Source: Octopus vulgaris (lineage: Eukaryota). From it: DNA of 64,000 nt. The notes beneath the pieces were generated by a model. The model was not told the origin of the DNA and ran no database searches. It worked only from the letters and a program-made list of their open reading frames with translations. Shown piece after piece: positions 58,151-64,000 of this stretch. The stretch is from positions 169,260,001-169,324,000 of the forward strand of contig OX597816.1 of NCBI GenBank assembly GCA_951406725.2, read 5' to 3'. The number at the start of each line of letters is the position of its first letter. Position 1 is the first letter of the stretch. The translations under genes and the position numbers were made by a program.

Positions 58151-58425
58151 CATATACATATATATATATATATATACATACATATATATATACACACACA
58201 CATATATATATATATATATACGCACACACAAACATATATATATATATATATACACACATACACACAGACTCACAAACACACGCACACACACACATATATA
58301 TCCATATATGTATTTGTTCGGGTATGTATATATGTATCTATATAACTTTAATGACTTTGATAGGTTTCGGCCAGTATAGAACCAGGCCATGACTAACATA
58401 ATAGCACCACCTGGTATATATATGT

Positions 58426-58493
<68 letters not shown>

Positions 58494-58504
58494 ATATCTA
58501 TATA

Positions 58505-58540
<36 letters not shown>

Positions 58541-58891
58541 AGTTACATTCGACGGTGTTCTAGTTTCATCTATTAAGTTATTTATTTTTATATACATAAA
58601 GATTTTTCGAAACAGTGAAGTTTCCGAAGCTTTCATATTTTCATTTTCCGAAAAGGACGTGTTTTATTTTTGTGTCTCTTTGTACAAGACAGGTAAAAAA
58701 TGTGATTAATGTAGGCCATACCGTCGAATACATACAACACCACCGAAATGATTATTGTTTGTTATCTGCGTGTTTATTGTAGGAAGTTGTTCTAAGTTTT
58801 AAATATTGCTTCTGTCATTAACTATCAAGTTTGTTTGCGGCTTAATGTTTACTAATGTGTTTCTCTCTCGCTTACGCTCTCGATACACACA

Positions 58892-58959
<68 letters not shown>

Positions 58960-58960
<1 letters not shown>

Positions 58961-59265
58961 GGAGGCGCAATGACCCTGTGGTTAGGGGAGCGGACACGCG
59001 GTCGGAGGATCGCGGTTTCGATTCACAGACCGGGCGTTGTGTGTGTTTATTGAGCGAAAACACATAAAAGAGCGCCACGAGGCTCCGGCAGAGGGTGGTG
59101 GCGCCTCCTGTTGTACTCTTTTGCCACAACTTTCTCTCACTCTCTCTCTTCCTGTTTCTTGAGTAGCGCTGCGATGGACTTGCGTCCCGGCCAGCTGGGG
59201 GGAACACATACGCCACAGAAACCAGGCCCATGAGCCTGGCTAGGCTTGAAAAGGGCGACGAAAAA

Positions 59266-59268
<3 letters not shown>
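58960..59268 (+). mobile_element. Chimeric tRNA-SINE (head A + tail Z)
   Basis: 58960-59158 matches 759-955, then GCGATGGACTTGCGTCCCG..ATACGCCACAGAAACCAGG. Confidence 0.85.
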
Positions 59269-59309
<41 letters not shown>

Positions 59310-59313
<4 letters not shown>

Positions 59314-59863
59314 TGGCTGCCCCCTCGTTATCGAGTATGGCCATAGCACGAAGCTTAATCAATGTTGTTATCGTGCAATGCCTGTGCAAGAAGATATTTT
59401 TTTAAGTGAGGAAAGGCTGTGCACTAAGTCAATACCACTTACTAAGCAACAGCAGCCATAATTCGAAAAGAAGAACAAGTCAACATCATCGGTAACCACT
59501 GAGCCGCAGGTTTTATGTCGGAGTTATCCCAGTTACCTGAGTTGCCTTCTCCTAGAAGGATGCCCTGACAAAGTCTAGGAGTCCTTCACTCCCAATGGTT
59601 TAACCGTGTGATCGGGTATTCAATCCGATTATTTCTATGTCCCCGCGCATGATACAGCTTTAAGACATTTATTGGATGGCCGTTGACTCTCAAGAGTTTC
59701 TCCTCCCTTTGATGGGTTTTGTTTTTCATCCCGCAGGGTGACCAATAAACACCCTCCTCACCAAGCGAGCTTGGTGGGGTTGCCGGTTTAGTCGCCGACG
59801 ACCCGACCATGCAACAGGTAGTACTGGGTTACATGTCACCAGTAGCACTCAGAAGTGACCTGA
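59310..59863 (-). mobile_element. Possible RTE-type 5' UTR / RTE-derived element
   Basis: Minus strand GGCATCCTTCTAGGAGAAGGCAACTC resembles RTE 5' regions. Confidence 0.35.
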
Positions 59864-59879
59864 CATACATATAATGTAT

Positions 59880-60554
59880 GTATGTGCACAAGATCTCCCT
59901 CATTGTGTCGAGAACGATGAAAACTTTCTGAAAACAGTAATAACGGGTGATGAATCGTGTGTCTATGGCTATGATCTCGAAACAAAGGCTCAGTCTTCGC
60001 AGTGGAAGATCCCAATCTCTCCGAGACCGAAGAAAGCACGAATGAGTCGAAGCAATGTGAAGACACTGTTAACTGTTTTCTTTGACCACAAGGGGATCGG
60101 TCATCATGAGTATGCTCCACTTGGTCAGGCACTAAACAAGGAGTACTACCGTGATGTTTTGCGGCGTTTGCAGGATGCGATTCGTCGGTGAGTCGGTGAG
60201 TGGCAGTTGCAGCATGACAACGCACCTGCCCATCCGAGCAGCATTCCCCAGGTCCGTTAGCCACTGTGTTCCCCAGATCTCGCCCCCTTGCATCTTTTTC
60301 CTCTTTCCAAAAATCAAATCCTGCTTGAAAGGAAGAAGATTTCAGGATGTCGAGGAAATCAAAGTGAACGCGATGAGGCACCTGCTTATCATTTCAGAAA
60401 ACGGGTTCCAGGAATGCTTCCATCGATAGAAACAGCGCCGGATTAAGTGTGTTGCTTCCGAAGGGGACTACTTTGAAGGAGATTAAATGCCAAATTAGTA
60501 CGTGTTGTAGTTTTGTTTTTTAGCACCAGTCCGGATACTTATTGATCAGACCAC

Positions 60555-60556
<2 letters not shown>
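59880..60556 (+). pseudogene. Mariner DD34D transposase 3' half with right TIR
   Basis: VITGDESCVY, KTLLTVFFD, HDNAPAH, PDLAP, KCVASEGDYFEGD*; TIR-like CCGGATACTTATTGATCAGACCAC then ATA. Confidence 0.92.
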
Positions 60557-60585
<29 letters not shown>

Positions 60586-60635
60586 TGTATGTATGTATGT
60601 ATGTATGTATGTATGTATGTATGTATGTATGTATG

Positions 60636-60681
<46 letters not shown>

Positions 60682-61519
60682 CATACACATACCATGGAGA
60701 TACGTGGCTTACTGATTAGGGTGTTACACACTCATAATGGTAGGTTTGCTCGTAGAGTATATCGCAAGGAGCACAACACATTCCGTAGCTACTGGAATAG
60801 ATGTGTGTGAGCAATATACGATCAGAATTACATTTCTTCACTATCCAAAAAAAATAAAATTGAAGTCATCACTTTAGTATATTAAGAATCCATCCATCTA
60901 AGCCTTCAGAAAAAAAAACAAAAACAAAATAAAAAAAAGCAAAACGAAAACAAAAAAATAACTACACTATGTGGTTATATACTCGATGAGAGTTGTTAAA
61001 TATTTGAAGAGTTAGTTGATAGTTCTCCGCTTGGAACTTCCAGCATTCTACTACTTTGATGAGTTTTCTCGTTATTACTAAATACCAACACGGTAACCTC
61101 CTTATATGAAGACAAATTATATCTTCTGAACTGTCTGCTGTCTGGTATTCTGTCAGCATGTAATTTAAGAGAAACATTTTCTTGTATTGTTCCAGCATCA
61201 ATTTGTTCTTGAACAGAGGAGAATAATTGCAAATAAATGTTGTAAGTCGAAACTATTGTAGAATGAAGTGTACGGAAAATAGCAGCATCAAACTTTCCTA
61301 TCCCATTATCTGCACCCATTCTCTGCGTATGCTGTCGAACTTGTTCTTCAGAATCTTGAAAGTAAATTTGCAAGTAGGATGGCAAATCAATAATTGTATT
61401 TCCTGGTGTTTCAAAAAAAAAAAAAAAATCTATGAACAACACTGTGAATTCTGCAGATAGAAAGGCATCAAGTAATTATAGCATTGGTTGGTTTCATGCT
61501 ACCACATATGGCCATAGCA

Positions 61520-61935
61520 CTCTTTACTCTTTTACTCTTTTACTTGTTTCAGTCATTTGACTGCGGCCATGCTGGAGCACCGCCTTTAGTCGAGCAAATC
61601 GACCTCGGGACTTATTCTTTGTAAGCCCAGTACTTATTCTATCGGTCTCTTTTGCCAAACCGCTAAGTGACGGGGACATAAACACACCAGCACTGGTTGT
61701 CTAGCAATGCTAGGGGGACAAACACAGACACACAAACACACATGCACACACACATATATATATATATACATATATACGACAGGCTTCTTTCAGTTTCCGT
61801 CTACCAAATCCACTCACAAGGCATTGGTCGGCCCGGAGCTATATCAGAAGACACTTGCCCAAGATGCCACGCAGTGGGACTGAACCCGGAACAATGTGGT
61901 TGGTTAGCAAGCTACTTACCACACAGCCACTCCTG
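61520..61935 (-). mobile_element. Bipartite tRNA-SINE
   Basis: Matches consensus. Confidence 0.92.
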
Positions 61936-62517
61936 CGAACTCCTACTTACCACACAGCCACTGTCGAACTTCCGAATGTTTCTTCTGAAATATTTTACTT
62001 CTGGTGAATCAAGTATGAATAATTGATGTAGTTCATTAAGTATAACTGTTTCGTTTGGAATACAGATTAAAGTTGATTTACAGCAAATGGCAAAATTAGG
62101 TTGGGCTAAAGTTCCCCCAGTGCACGCTCCCACGAACATTACAATGCTGCAATGGCGACCTACTATCTCCATTCAATGAAGACTATCATGAGTTACATTG
62201 TCAACTACTTCTAGCACTGAGTCCATGTCAAGCTGTCTTGTAACATATAGCATCCGTTTTTGTTCTGATAGATTAATTCTGTTCTGAGTTATTAGTTGCT
62301 TTTGTTGCTGGTGAGAAAGTCATTGGTGTGCTGGACAGTGCTGCTTAGCCTCTCCTTCTAAAACCTGTTCACATTGTTCTTGAGGAGGCTGTCGCCCTGC
62401 TGCTCTATGGAGTTCAACATTATGTGCGAAAATACGTTCTCGCTGATCTTCAGAATGTTGTCGTGCTGCTCAGCGCCATTCTACATTTTAAACCAAAGAA
62501 AAAAAAAAAAAAAAAAA

Positions 62518-62935
62518 GGCGCAGGAGTGGCTGTGTGGTAAGTAGCTTGTTTGCCGGCCACATGGTTCCGGGTTCAGTCCCACTACGTGGCATCTTGGGC
62601 AAGTGTCTTCTACTATAGCCTCGGGCTGACCAAAGCCTTGTGGGTGGATTTGGTAGACGGAAACTGAAGGAAGCCCGTCGTATATATGTATATATATATA
62701 TAGTGTGTGTGTATATGTTTGAGCGTCTGTGTTTGTCCCCCTAGCATTGCTTGACAACCGATGCTGGTGTGTTTACGTCCCCGTTACTTAGCGGTTCGGC
62801 AAAAGAGACCGATAGAATAAGTACTGGGCTTACAAAAGAATAAGTCCCTGGGTCGAGTTGCTCGATTAAAGGCGGTGCTCCAGCATGGCCGCAGTCAAAT
62901 GACTGAAACAAGTAAAAGAGTAAAGAGTAAAAGTA
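62518..62935 (+). mobile_element. Bipartite tRNA-SINE
   Basis: Matches consensus. Confidence 0.92.
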
Positions 62936-63112
62936 AACAAAAAACAAACAAAAAAAACTGTCCATTTGCTCTCGCGAAAGCCCTTACTGTACTGCTTTAT
63001 GTTCAGTATTTTGAACCAAAATGCTTTCTTGTTGCACTTAAGAAAATTGTTATCATCGTTGATTATTTTGCGCACACGCTCACGCTGTCTACGGAAACGA
63101 TATTCCCGTACT

Positions 63113-63345
63113 TGGCGGAGAGCTGGCAGAAACGTTAGCACGTCGGGCGGAATGCTCAGCAGTATTTCGTCTGCCGTTACGTTGTGAGTTCAAGTTCCGC
63201 CGAGGTCGACTTTGCCTTTCATCCTTTCGGGGTCGATAAATTAAGTACCAGTTTCACATTGGGGTCTATATAATCGACTTAATACCTATGTCTGTCCTTG
63301 TTTGTTCTCTCTATGTTTAGCCTCTTGTGGGTAATAAAGAAATAG
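63113..63345 (+). mobile_element. tRNA-SINE (GGCGGAGAGCTGGCAGAA family)
   Basis: 13-bp TSD GATATTCCCGTAC at 63099-63111 and 63346-63358. Confidence 0.92.
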
Positions 63346-63716
63346 ATATTCCCGTACCTGTCTATAATGCGCAACGTGTTGAACCAAAACGCGTTCTCAC
63401 TGCTCTTGAGAAAGTCCTCGTGCATATCTTCGTGCATATCTTCATATTTGGTAATTTGTTCAATAAAACATGATTGAATAAATTTTATTTACAATATAGA
63501 GGAATAGGAAAATCAAAAATCACGAAATCTAAATAGACGCCTTACTTTGCATGTTCAAGTTACATGTAACGTTGATACGGCTTTTCAAAAATTATTTTAA
63601 AAAATAGTAAATGGCTGCTTAAAAAATAAGATTTTATACAAACATTTAATTTAACAAACTAAATATTGATTATTTTCTGATTACATTATTCCAATTATTT
63701 GAAATATTTTCAATTA

Positions 63717-63752
<36 letters not shown>

Positions 63753-63925
63753 TTCATATATTTGTTTTGCAAGATTTTTTATGTGGAATCGTGTGTTGAA
63801 ACAGATATTGTTGTATTTAGGAATGGTCATTTTGCCAGTTTAGCTAATAAAAACACACGCACTATATATTTGGTGCTACTTTGCTTCAGCGTTATTTATT
63901 TTTTACATTAATCTTAATCTTATTT

Positions 63926-63971
63926 GGGCCAGAGTTCTTTCGTCACACTCCTGTGACCGCATCAGTGGTCC
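63926..63971 (-). ncRNA. Hammerhead-like motif (atypical core)
   Basis: ggacca CTGATGC g gtcaca ggag tgtgac GAAAG aa CTC tggccc. Confidence 0.55.
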
Positions 63972-64000
63972 TTTGCTTTATTTTCTAGTGGACATTCCAG

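Larger units (their letters stand above)
60960..63720 (-). mobile_element. Decayed Helitron (5' end and RepHel N-terminal region) interrupted by three SINEs
   Basis: FAICC..FRRNIRKF, PSYLQIYFQD, RRYNL..EVTVL, HRVYNH; possible TC 5' end next to (TA)n near 63719. Confidence 0.7.

Noticed and set aside
59540-59610. HDV-like ribozyme in the putative RTE 5' UTR
   Set aside because: Could not assign the nested double pseudoknot by eye

Overview
AT-rich eukaryotic non-genic DNA, almost entirely microsatellites and transposable elements, with a 100-N assembly gap at 19900-19999. The repeat spectrum suggests an octopus/cephalopod genome (inference from recognising the SINE types, not a search). I found no host gene; nearly all ORF-track entries are microsatellite or SINE artefacts. 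Contents: Penelope-like elements (PLEs; RT plus C-terminal GIY-YIG) inserted in (TA)n, some with inverted 5' ends; at least four tRNA-derived SINE groups with exchangeable heads and tails; RTE, Dong/R4 and other LINE remnants; mariner and maT relics; hAT, Tc1/pogo and Merlin-like MITEs; and a decayed Helitron. The main signal is a dense, diverse set of type I hammerhead-ribozyme (HHR) motifs, about 15-20, read by eye. They include core variants (U3:A8, possible G3:C8, C4) and palindromic stem III. One ORF-less element (34983-35712) carries two HHRs 479 nt apart and looks like a retrozyme, i.e. a candidate circular-RNA-producing non-autonomous PLE parasite.
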